Below are positions 37,747 to 45,506 of a stretch of DNA of 45,506 nucleotides, piece after piece (position 1 is the first letter of the stretch; each line of letters begins with the position of its first letter). Position numbers and translations under genes: made by a program. The DNA is from Bacteroidia bacterium (GTDB lineage Bacteria; Bacteroidota; Bacteroidia; 2-12-FULL-35-15), in assembly GCA_036170695.1 (NCBI GenBank), contig JAVHPR010000218.1, positions 1 through 45,506 of the forward strand, read 5' to 3'. The notes below the pieces were generated by a model. That model was given only the letters and a program-made list of their open reading frames with translations. It was not told where the DNA came from and made no database searches.

Positions 37747-40700
37747 TTACTTCAACAAAGTTACAATTCCTTTGTAATTATGCTTACGCCTTTTAAAATC
37801 GATTACATGAATTGAATAAATATAAACATCCGCCTGAGCTAATTCATTTCCGTGATTTGCCGTGCCACACCATGGTTTGTTAACGTCATCAGTAAAGAAA
37901 ATTAAGTTTCCCCAACGATCAAATATCGACATTTCATAGCTACTGATAAATATTCCCATTCCATTAAAATTATCATTTATTCCATCGCCATCAGGAGTAA
38001 ATGAATTGGGAATATAAAATAAAAAATCAGGGTCAATGATAATGGTTTGGTAAGCAGAGTCTGTGCAACCATATTGAGTGGTGGCAAGCAAAGTTATTAT
38101 ATATGCACCTGTATCTGCATATGTATGAGGTATAGGTGTATTAATAGCAGATGTTGTAAGATCGCCAAAATTCCAATTCCAAAAATTTGTTCCTGTTGAT
38201 AAATCTGTAATCGAAATAACAGGGTCGGTAATAAATGCTGTTTGAGGTTGAACGGTAAAACTGGCATTTGGATTAGGATACACAGTAATGTAATTATTTT
38301 TTGATAATGAGCTGATACAGCCGCTATCAGAGGTAACTGTTAAGTTAATGATGAAATAATTTGGCAAAAATATGGAGTCATTGATGTAACAGTGATTTGG
38401 ACTCTGGGAATTGCCGATTGAACTATTATCGCCAAAATTCCATTGCAAGGCCGCATTTGTCCCTGATGCAATAGAAGATAAATTTTGAAAATTAATGCAT
38501 AAAAGTTCACAACCTATAGTGTCATTTGCTGTGAAACTCACATCTGGATTAGGGTTTACGATAATTATTTTGCTGATAGAATCCCTGCATCCAAAATTGG
38601 AAATAACCAATAATTGAACAGGATACGAGCCATTTCCTGCAAATAAATGAGTGGCGTTTGGATTATTGAAAACAGGACTTCCATCTCCAAAATTCCATGA
38701 CCAGGATTGAATGGTATCTGTTGAAATAATAGTTGAATAATCAGTAAAGGAAGCAATGCTCCCATCACAAACATTTGATGTACTAAATTGTGCAACAGGT
38801 AAAGGATATACTACCACACTTTTTGATATCGTGTCTTTACAGCTATTGGCGGTGTTGGCAACTAAAGTAACCAGGTATGATCCCGGGAATGTATAGGTGT
38901 GACCCTGGTTTTGAATACTACTTAATGCTGAGCCGTCACCAAAGTTCCATGACCAACTTGTAATGCTTCCGCTGGAAACATTTGATAAATCGTTAAAAAT
39001 CATGGTTTGATTTAAACACACATTCGAAAAACCAAAATTGGCAATAGGCATTGGGAATACTGTAATTGTTGAGTGTAAGGTATCGGAGCAGTTTAAGTTC
39101 GACGAATATGTTATTAGTGTTAACTGATAATTCCCTGGGACGGAATACAAGTGGTTGGGACTCCAATCGGTGTTATTCAAAGGAGAGCCATCTCCAAAAC
39201 TCCATGACCAGGCAGCTGTATTACCCATAGTTGGATTAAGTGATGTGTTTGTATATTTTGCGGAGTCGTATAAACAGGGGGTGCTAAATGTAAATGCAGA
39301 TAAGGGTGCATCAAAAGCGCTTACAGATAAAGTTTTCATGTCAGTACAACTATCAATGGTAGTGACTACTAATAAAACAGAATATGTTCCTGCCACAGAA
39401 TAATAGTGATTCGGATTTTTTAAACTGCTGGTTGGACTATTATCACCAAATGACCATAAATAAGATGCAATAGAAGTAGAAGAATCAATTGAAGATGTAT
39501 TTGTAAAATGCATCGTATCACCCAAACAAATATCACTATAAGTGAATCCGGCTACAGGATTATAATAAACCTGAACAGGGTTTGAAACAGTGTCGGTGCA
39601 ACCAAAACTATTTTCAACAATTAAGGTAGTTGTATAATTTCCTGCATTAGCATATAAAGGAGCAGGGTTTTGAGTATAATTTCCCGGTGGACCGCCAATT
39701 CCGAAATCCCAAACCCACGTGCTTATTGTACCGGATGCTGTAGTGGAGCTGTCGGTAAATTGTGTGGCAGTGCCGTTGCATTCCTTTATACTCCCAAAAA
39801 TGGCTTTTGGAGCAGGTTTTCGGGAGATGATAATACTAACAGTATCCATACAGCTGTCGGCATCCATAACGGTGGCCATGTAAATCCCCGCGGAAAGACC
39901 CATGGCTGTTTGGGTATTTTGGATAGGATTGGTATTCCAGGAAAAAGAATAAGATCCCGTTCCACCGGAAACACTAACTGTAATTGAACCATCGAGACTG
40001 TTCGGACAGCTTTCATTGCTGATTACGCCTGGTGAAATCACACCAACTGCCCCAGGAACAAGATCCAATTGTGGCGTTTGATGCACAGTAATGGTATCCG
40101 AAAACGAATGGCAGAAAAGATCCATTACTGTATATGTATATGTTCCGGCAGTTAAATTGCTAATTGTAGCCGTTGTTTGTCCGCCAGGCTGCCATGAATA
40201 GGTATATGGCACAATTCCACCAGCAGCAACAATGCTTGCACTTCCTCCTTTACAGGTTGCATTTATTGAAGTTGCGGTGGTGCTTAATGGAAGTGGCGCT
40301 GTACAATTCGTAATAAAACTGCCAATGAAACCCTCTCCACAGGCAAGAATATTCCCATAGGAAGAAAACAAAATGTCATACACAGCACCAGTGGTAGGTA
40401 TTGTTGAAATATATGTAAGTGCAGAGTCATATTTTACTATGCTGTTAGTGGTTCCGGCATAAATGTTACCACAGGCGTCTGCTGCCAATCCACTGCATTG
40501 ATAGTTTACAGCATTGGGTACAATTACATCATTTATTGGGCTTAAGGTAGTTTTATTAAACCTCCTCAGTTTGGTACCATCATAGATATATACATAAGGT
40601 CCCTGAATAACATTGCCATTAAAACCTTGAAAAATGGAAGAGGAATAGTCGGGATTATAGGCATACCCAATACCGGAATAAATTAAAGTAAGTCCGCTGG

Positions 40701-42117
40701 GAGCAAGCCCTCCGGTTGTAAAATTAGCGTTTGTTTTGCGGAGATTGCTCGATGGTAAATGGAGTGAATACATATCTCCGTTACAATCGGTAGAGATGGA
40801 CCGGGTTTCTTCACTATAAGCAATTTGGTCACTGATGGCACCTGTTGCCATGTCAAGTTTTGCAAGATTATTATTACCCGGATTCACAAAATAACCGCAA
40901 ATAGCAAGGGTTGTTTTAGAATAATTAAATGCCAGTCGCCATTCTTCACATAACCCGGCAAACACCCATTGCTGAACACCCGTACTATCCAGTTTTTGCC
41001 TTTTCCCGACAGGATAGCCTCCTATGATGTAAACATTCCCGGGATTATCAACAGCAATATCTCCCAAAAATTGAGAGTAAGTTTGATACGTCCAAACTAA
41101 GGCTCCGAGTGGATTGTATTTTTGCACGTAATAAGAATTTGAGGAGGAGCTTTGGGAATAATTTCCGTGAACAAAAACATTGCCAATGGAATCTTCCTGT
41201 ATGTCATAGGCGCGGTTTAAGCCGGGATAATTAGGGTTAGTAACCCATGGGTCAATAACAATACCTTCTGGAGAAGAAACTGTTGGCGATGAAAACTGAA
41301 ATTGCACTATATTGCCGGCAACACCGTATTTTACAGGAATATTGATATGTGATGATGAAGTAAAAGCATTGGGTGAATGATCTATAAGCTGCCACTCGGG
41401 GTTTAGGCTAAGTGGATCGAATTTACTCCTGATGTGTAGGTCTCCTTTTTCATCTGTGTTAATCGTATTTATACCCTCCCATTTAAATGCGATCTCCGGA
41501 ACAATAACATTAGGCTGAATAATAAATTTATATTTTATCCCCCCTTCTTCAGATAACTCAAATTCTGCATCCACACCGGGATATAGGTTAACATATCTTA
41601 ACTTTTTGTAAGCCGGAACAAAATTGATAGTGCTTTCGTTTATAAGACCTCCGTAGTTGTAATATTCTGATACTTTTTGCTCTGAAATTAGTTCTACAGA
41701 AGCGTTTGCATTAAGCCATAGCATTTGCGAGGTATGCCAGGTAGTTTCAACAGTTTTCTCTTCTGTTTCTCCCTCTTTTTTTTTTCGATCTTTTTCTTCA
41801 ATATTTCTTCTTTCCGGGAATTGAAATATAATACCGTTTTTTGTGAAATAGGCGTTAAACTCACCATTTTCAACTCCATAAAGGACCGGCTCAGGCAAGG
41901 GTGTTTTTAGTTCCCTTGCAATTCTGCTGAATTGTCCCTGCTCTTTAATAAAAACCTTGTTTTCTAATGGTTTTATCAGGATTTGTTTCCGTTCTGTTTG
42001 CGCTGTCGCGAATGAATACATGCCGATGATAGCTATAAAAATAAGCATACCTCTTCTGACCCCTATCCCAATGGAAGGTAGACGATTGATACTCATTTTT
42101 TCTTTTATCTTCTTCAT
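37747..42117 (-). CDS. Giant T9SS type B cargo: SBBP/beta-propeller-like head, two SprB repeats, seven PKD domains and a gliding-motility-type C-terminal domain
   Basis: 1456 aa. GN(V/I)Y-type propeller repeats; SprB repeats (CKGGSASIVAAGGIVPYTYSW..., CPNSLDGSITVSVSGGTGSYSFSW...); W-x-FGDGS PKD cores; C-terminal FYIPNSFTPDGDGINDNF...FDRWGNLIF...YKGIVTLLK. Confidence 0.85.
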   Translation of the reverse strand: MKKIKEKMSINRLPSIGIGVRRGMLIFIAIIGMYSFATAQTERKQILIKPLENKVFIKEQGQFSRIARELKTPLPEPVLYGVENGEFNAYFTKNGIIFQFPERRNIEEKDRKKKEGETEEKTVETTWHTSQMLWLNANASVELISEQKVSEYYNYGGLINESTINFVPAYKKLRYVNLYPGVDAEFELSEEGGIKYKFIIQPNVIVPEIAFKWEGINTINTDEKGDLHIRSKFDPLSLNPEWQLIDHSPNAFTSSSHINIPVKYGVAGNIVQFQFSSPTVSSPEGIVIDPWVTNPNYPGLNRAYDIQEDSIGNVFVHGNYSQSSSSNSYYVQKYNPLGALVWTYQTYSQFLGDIAVDNPGNVYIIGGYPVGKRQKLDSTGVQQWVFAGLCEEWRLAFNYSKTTLAICGYFVNPGNNNLAKLDMATGAISDQIAYSEETRSISTDCNGDMYSLHLPSSNLRKTNANFTTGGLAPSGLTLIYSGIGYAYNPDYSSSIFQGFNGNVIQGPYVYIYDGTKLRRFNKTTLSPINDVIVPNAVNYQCSGLAADACGNIYAGTTNSIVKYDSALTYISTIPTTGAVYDILFSSYGNILACGEGFIGSFITNCTAPLPLSTTATSINATCKGGSASIVAAGGIVPYTYSWQPGGQTTATISNLTAGTYTYTVMDLFCHSFSDTITVHQTPQLDLVPGAVGVISPGVISNESCPNSLDGSITVSVSGGTGSYSFSWNTNPIQNTQTAMGLSAGIYMATVMDADSCMDTVSIIISRKPAPKAIFGSIKECNGTATQFTDSSTTASGTISTWVWDFGIGGPPGNYTQNPAPLYANAGNYTTTLIVENSFGCTDTVSNPVQVYYNPVAGFTYSDICLGDTMHFTNTSSIDSSTSIASYLWSFGDNSPTSSLKNPNHYYSVAGTYSVLLVVTTIDSCTDMKTLSVSAFDAPLSAFTFSTPCLYDSAKYTNTSLNPTMGNTAAWSWSFGDGSPLNNTDWSPNHLYSVPGNYQLTLITYSSNLNCSDTLHSTITVFPMPIANFGFSNVCLNQTMIFNDLSNVSSGSITSWSWNFGDGSALSSIQNQGHTYTFPGSYLVTLVANTANSCKDTISKSVVVYPLPVAQFSTSNVCDGSIASFTDYSTIISTDTIQSWSWNFGDGSPVFNNPNATHLFAGNGSYPVQLLVISNFGCRDSISKIIIVNPNPDVSFTANDTIGCELLCINFQNLSSIASGTNAALQWNFGDNSSIGNSQSPNHCYINDSIFLPNYFIINLTVTSDSGCISSLSKNNYITVYPNPNASFTVQPQTAFITDPVISITDLSTGTNFWNWNFGDLTTSAINTPIPHTYADTGAYIITLLATTQYGCTDSAYQTIIIDPDFLFYIPNSFTPDGDGINDNFNGMGIFISSYEMSIFDRWGNLIFFTDDVNKPWCGTANHGNELAQADVYIYSIHVIDFKRRKHNYKGIVTLLK

Positions 42118-42163
42118 TGTAATTCTGCCAAACCGGCATCACGAGAGATGAAGTTTTTTTACG

Positions 42164-42214
42164 CTTCTTCCCCGCTCCGAAGTTTATCCCGATAAAGGAT
42201 GGAGAGTGGAGAAG
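42164..42214. repeat. Imperfect G/C-rich inverted repeat between the two giant type B cargo genes
   Basis: cttcttccccgctcc (42164-42178) versus ggagagtggagaag (42201-42214). No T-run follows on the coding (minus) strand. Confidence 0.35.
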
Positions 42215-42227
42215 AAAAGGAGAGCTG

Positions 42228-45200
42228 TTATTTTATCAATCCTACCGTCCCTTTATAGCTGTGTTTTTTGTTTTTAATATCTTTAATCTCAATCACATAA
42301 ATGTATATATCTGCCTCTGCAATTTCATTTCCGTGATTTGCTTTTCCATCCCAGGGTTTATTTTTGTCATCAGAAAAGAAAATTAAATTTCCCCAACGAT
42401 CAAATATAGTCATTTTAAAATCTTTAACGAAAACCCCTTTGCCAATAAAACTATCATTTAATCCATCGTTATCAGGTGAAAAGGCATTTGGGATATAAAA
42501 TACAAATTCAGGATCTACAATAATAGTTTCATGAGCGGTATCAACGCATCCATATTGGGTGGAGGTAATCAATGTTATCAGGTAAGTGCCAGTATCTGCA
42601 TAAGTATGAGGTGCCTGAAGACTAGTATTGAGAGGAGCCGAACCTTCGCCATAATTCCAATTCCAAAAATAAGTACCGGTGGAAAAATCAGTAACTGTAA
42701 TAACGGGGTCAATAATCGTTGTTGTTATAGGCTGAACCGTGAAACTTGCATTCGGATTGGCATACGCGGTTATATAATTATTTTTTGGGAGAATGCTAAC
42801 ACATCCGCTATCCGAAGTAACTGTTAAAATAACATTAAAAGAATTAGGTACAAAAACTGAATCATTGATATAACAGCGATTAGGATTCTGTGAAGTGCTT
42901 ACAGGACCGTTATCACCAAAACTCCATAAGATGGCAGCATTATTACCAGTTGCTATAAAAGATAAATTCTGAAAACTTACACACAATGGTTCGCATCCTA
43001 CTGTATCACTGGCGGTGAATACAACACTAGGGTTTGGATTAACAACACTTATTTTAGTGATAGAATCGGGACATCCAAAATTGGTAATAATCAACAACTG
43101 AACAGTATACGAACCCGCAGCAGAATAAAGATGAGAAGTGCTGGGAGTATTGCTAAACGGGCTTCCATCACCAAAATCCCATTCCCAGGATTGAATGGTG
43201 TCGGTTGCTGCAATGGTTGAGAAATTATTGAACTGCACGATGGTGCCGTCACAAACATTTGATGAACTATAAAGCGCTATTGGCAAAGGGTGCACCACCA
43301 CACTCTGCACTATAGTATCTTTACAGCTATTGTTGGTTGTAACAATTAATGAAACGCTGTAAGTTCCAGGGCTTGCATAAGTATGACTTGGGTTTTGAAG
43401 CGTACTTAGCGGAGAAGCATCACCAAAATTCCAGGATCGGCCAACAATACTTCCACTTGAAACTTTAGAAGAATCGCTGAAATTTATTGCCTGATTTAAA
43501 CAAACATTGGCAAAATCAAAATCAGCGATAGGCATTGGGAATACAGTAATTGTATTTTGGAAAGTATCAGGGCAGCCGAGATTAGATGAGTGAGTAATCA
43601 AAGTAATCTGGTAATTCCCCGGAGCCGAGAAAATGTGACTTAAACTCCAAACAGAGGTGTTTAAAGGAGTGCTATCACCGAAGTCCCAGGACCAACTTGC
43701 AATGCTACCCATCGCCGGGCTGAGCGAAGTGTTTGTGAATTTTGCAGAATCAAACAAGCACGTGTTGCTGAATATGAATGAAGACTTGGGAGTATCAAAC
43801 GTATTTACAGAAATAGTTGCTGTATCCTTGCAACCATCTGCACTCGTGGTTAATAATGAAGCGGTGTAAGTTCCCGGTGGGAAGTAATAATGAGAGGGGC
43901 TTTGTAAGCTACTTGTGGATCCGCCATCGCCAAAATCCCATAAATTACTTGTTATTGAGGTTGAACTGTTAATAGTAGAATTATTTGTAAAGAGCATTGA
44001 ATCACCAAAACAGACATCATTCTGTGTGAAAACAGCTATTGGGTTATAATAAACCTGTACCACTTTTGTAATCGTATCAGCACATCCAACGCTATTGTTT
44101 TCAATCAATGTAACGTTATAGCTTCCGCCGCTGGCGTAGGTATGAGATGGGTTTTGAGTGGTACTTAAAGGGCTGCTATCACCAAAATCCCAGGTTCTTG
44201 ATACAATGCTTCCTGTCGAATTTGTTGTACTGTCAGTGAATTGAGTGGCGTTATGATTACACACTTTTGTAAAGCCAAAAGCCACAACCGGAGAGCCATT
44301 GAATATTAATTGGACAAATCCATCTCCACCTTTTGTAGAACCATTTCCTCCATTTACAGTTCCGGGAGGAAGATCAAGATCTGTGTTGTTGGCTCCAGTT
44401 TGTCCGTTTCCGTTTATGAAAATTGTATTGATTCCTGTTGAGAAACTATTCCCTCCGCCTCCGCCACAAGCGCCACAATCACAACCACCAGCCACACCGC
44501 CGCCAGTACCTCCGTTATATCCACCACCACCAGCTCCGCCGCCGCCGCCATCTCCTCCTTTATTTGCTCCCGGACCTCCATTGCCGCTGGCACTCGCTCC
44601 CGCTATTCCAGGAGAAGAACAAGAACCAGGTGATACATTACCATTTTGTCCACCGCCACCACCGATAGCGCCACTGCTAAACTGTCCGCCACCACTTCCA
44701 CCACCACCAGCTCCTGCCACCAGCAAAACTGTAGATCCATTGTATATGGCAGAGGCGCCACCGCCACCGCCACCACCACCAGAGCATCCGGAACATCCAG
44801 CATTACCTCCGCTACCTCCATTTACTACACCATTACCCCATCCTGTGCTACCACCCGGGGCGCAGCCTGCACATTGACCACCGGGACCTGCGCCGCCTCC
44901 AACTATTACCGTAATAATTTGTCCGGCAGTAACTGCGATAGAGCTTTTTACATAGGCTCCACCTCCACCAACTGCTCCGGGGTAACTGTCGCCACCGCCA
45001 CCGCTACCACCTGCCCCCCATGCTTTGACGTGGATAGTATCCACACAGCCGGGTACTACAAAAGTTTGAACGGCGCCTGTATAGGAAAATGAGAGGGTAT
45101 CTTGTGCATAGCATGAAGAACCGCTTCCAAGCACCCCCGAAAGAAGAGCGAGGGAAAAAAGACATCTCCCTAGCCCTCTCCAAAGGAGAGGGAAACGTAA

Positions 45201-45254
45201 CTCGTTTTTTTTATTTTTTATCATTTTTATGCCTTTTGTTTTTAAAAAACTCAA
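42228..45254 (-). CDS. T9SS type B cargo: glycine-rich (ALK/LTK GlyR-like) head, seven PKD domains and a type B C-terminal domain
   Basis: 1008 aa. Signal peptide ...CLFSLALLSGVLGSGSSCYA-QD. Head: FSYTGAVQTFVVPGCVDTIHVKAWGAGGSGGGG...AYVKSSIAVTAGQIITVIVGGGAG...LLVAGAGGGGSGGG.... C-terminal FYIPNAFSPDNDGLNDSF...FDRWGNLIFF...YKGTVGLIK. Confidence 0.85.
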   Translation of the reverse strand: MSFLKTKGIKMIKNKKNELRFPLLWRGLGRCLFSLALLSGVLGSGSSCYAQDTLSFSYTGAVQTFVVPGCVDTIHVKAWGAGGSGGGGDSYPGAVGGGGAYVKSSIAVTAGQIITVIVGGGAGPGGQCAGCAPGGSTGWGNGVVNGGSGGNAGCSGCSGGGGGGGGASAIYNGSTVLLVAGAGGGGSGGGQFSSGAIGGGGGQNGNVSPGSCSSPGIAGASASGNGGPGANKGGDGGGGGAGGGGYNGGTGGGVAGGCDCGACGGGGGNSFSTGINTIFINGNGQTGANNTDLDLPPGTVNGGNGSTKGGDGFVQLIFNGSPVVAFGFTKVCNHNATQFTDSTTNSTGSIVSRTWDFGDSSPLSTTQNPSHTYASGGSYNVTLIENNSVGCADTITKVVQVYYNPIAVFTQNDVCFGDSMLFTNNSTINSSTSITSNLWDFGDGGSTSSLQSPSHYYFPPGTYTASLLTTSADGCKDTATISVNTFDTPKSSFIFSNTCLFDSAKFTNTSLSPAMGSIASWSWDFGDSTPLNTSVWSLSHIFSAPGNYQITLITHSSNLGCPDTFQNTITVFPMPIADFDFANVCLNQAINFSDSSKVSSGSIVGRSWNFGDASPLSTLQNPSHTYASPGTYSVSLIVTTNNSCKDTIVQSVVVHPLPIALYSSSNVCDGTIVQFNNFSTIAATDTIQSWEWDFGDGSPFSNTPSTSHLYSAAGSYTVQLLIITNFGCPDSITKISVVNPNPSVVFTASDTVGCEPLCVSFQNLSFIATGNNAAILWSFGDNGPVSTSQNPNRCYINDSVFVPNSFNVILTVTSDSGCVSILPKNNYITAYANPNASFTVQPITTTIIDPVITVTDFSTGTYFWNWNYGEGSAPLNTSLQAPHTYADTGTYLITLITSTQYGCVDTAHETIIVDPEFVFYIPNAFSPDNDGLNDSFIGKGVFVKDFKMTIFDRWGNLIFFSDDKNKPWDGKANHGNEIAEADIYIYVIEIKDIKNKKHSYKGTVGLIK

Positions 45255-45302
45255 CTATTGCCTCCCCTCTTGTGGAGATGAGATAATGAGGAGAGGTGGT
45301 TT

Positions 45303-45506
45303 TCACCTCACCAGTGTTACAGATCCTTTATAACTATGTTTTTTTGTTTGAAAATCAGTAACCTTAATGGAATAAATATACACGTCTCCCGGTGCAATTT
45401 CTGTCCCATGATTTGCTTTACCATCCCAGGGTTTATTAATGTTATCAGAAACAAAAATTAAATTCCCCCAACGGTCAAAAACACTCATTTCATAGCTGGT
45501 AATAAA
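45303..45506 (-). CDS. C-terminal fragment of a third T9SS type B cargo gene (the 5' part lies beyond the window end)
   Basis: The frame is open to base 45506 (FITSYEMSVFDRWGNLIFVSDNINKPWDGKANHGTEIAPGDVYIYSIKVTDFQTKKHSYKGSVTLVR*). It has the same CTD as the two genes downstream. Confidence 0.8.
   Translation of the reverse strand, partial: FITSYEMSVFDRWGNLIFVSDNINKPWDGKANHGTEIAPGDVYIYSIKVTDFQTKKHSYKGSVTLVR

Noticed and set aside
44299-44877. 192-aa proline-rich plus-strand ORF (PPPPPQAPQSQPPATPPP...), plus ORFs 44438-44668 and 44646-45092
   Set aside because: They are the antisense reading of the glycine-rich head (GGN codons read as NCC proline codons). The minus-strand frame continues into PKD domains and a T9SS CTD and is clearly the real gene.

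Overview
This is an AT-rich chromosomal segment with Bacteroidota hallmarks: type A and type B T9SS C-terminal sorting domains, TAnnTTTG -7 promoter boxes, and acpP-fabF-rnc synteny. I support 31 protein-coding genes. Most are housekeeping: hrpB (partial), pfkA, metG, folK, purN, acpP, fabF, rnc, a deoxynucleoside kinase, DPP-IV, an LD-carboxypeptidase, a THUMP RNA methyltransferase, a histidine kinase/OmpR-type regulator pair, an FtsX-type permease and a giant ABCG-like transporter. There are two accessory regions. (1) A 1.8-kb islet sits directly behind metG. It holds a ParE/RelE toxin-antitoxin cassette bracketed by a 50-bp duplication of the metG 3' end, followed by a small-partner/AbiEii-type nucleotidyltransferase pair. 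(2) A 12.5-kb block (33042-45506) encodes giant T9SS-secreted multi-PKD proteins: one reprolysin-like type A cargo and three tandem type B cargos. Two of the type B cargos share a colinear PKD/CTD chassis but carry unrelated N-terminal heads, one of them an ALK/LTK-like glycine-rich domain. I could not recognise any rRNA, tRNA, CRISPR array, transposase or integrase. The most unusual property of the window is how saturated it is with small palindromic, inverted-repeat and heptad-array elements. Notable cases are one sitting in frame inside metG, one filling the fabF-rnc gap right up to the rnc start codon, and one exactly filling the junction between the histidine kinase and its response regulator. 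All calls come from reading the sequence and ORF translations by eye; no database search or folding computation was run.
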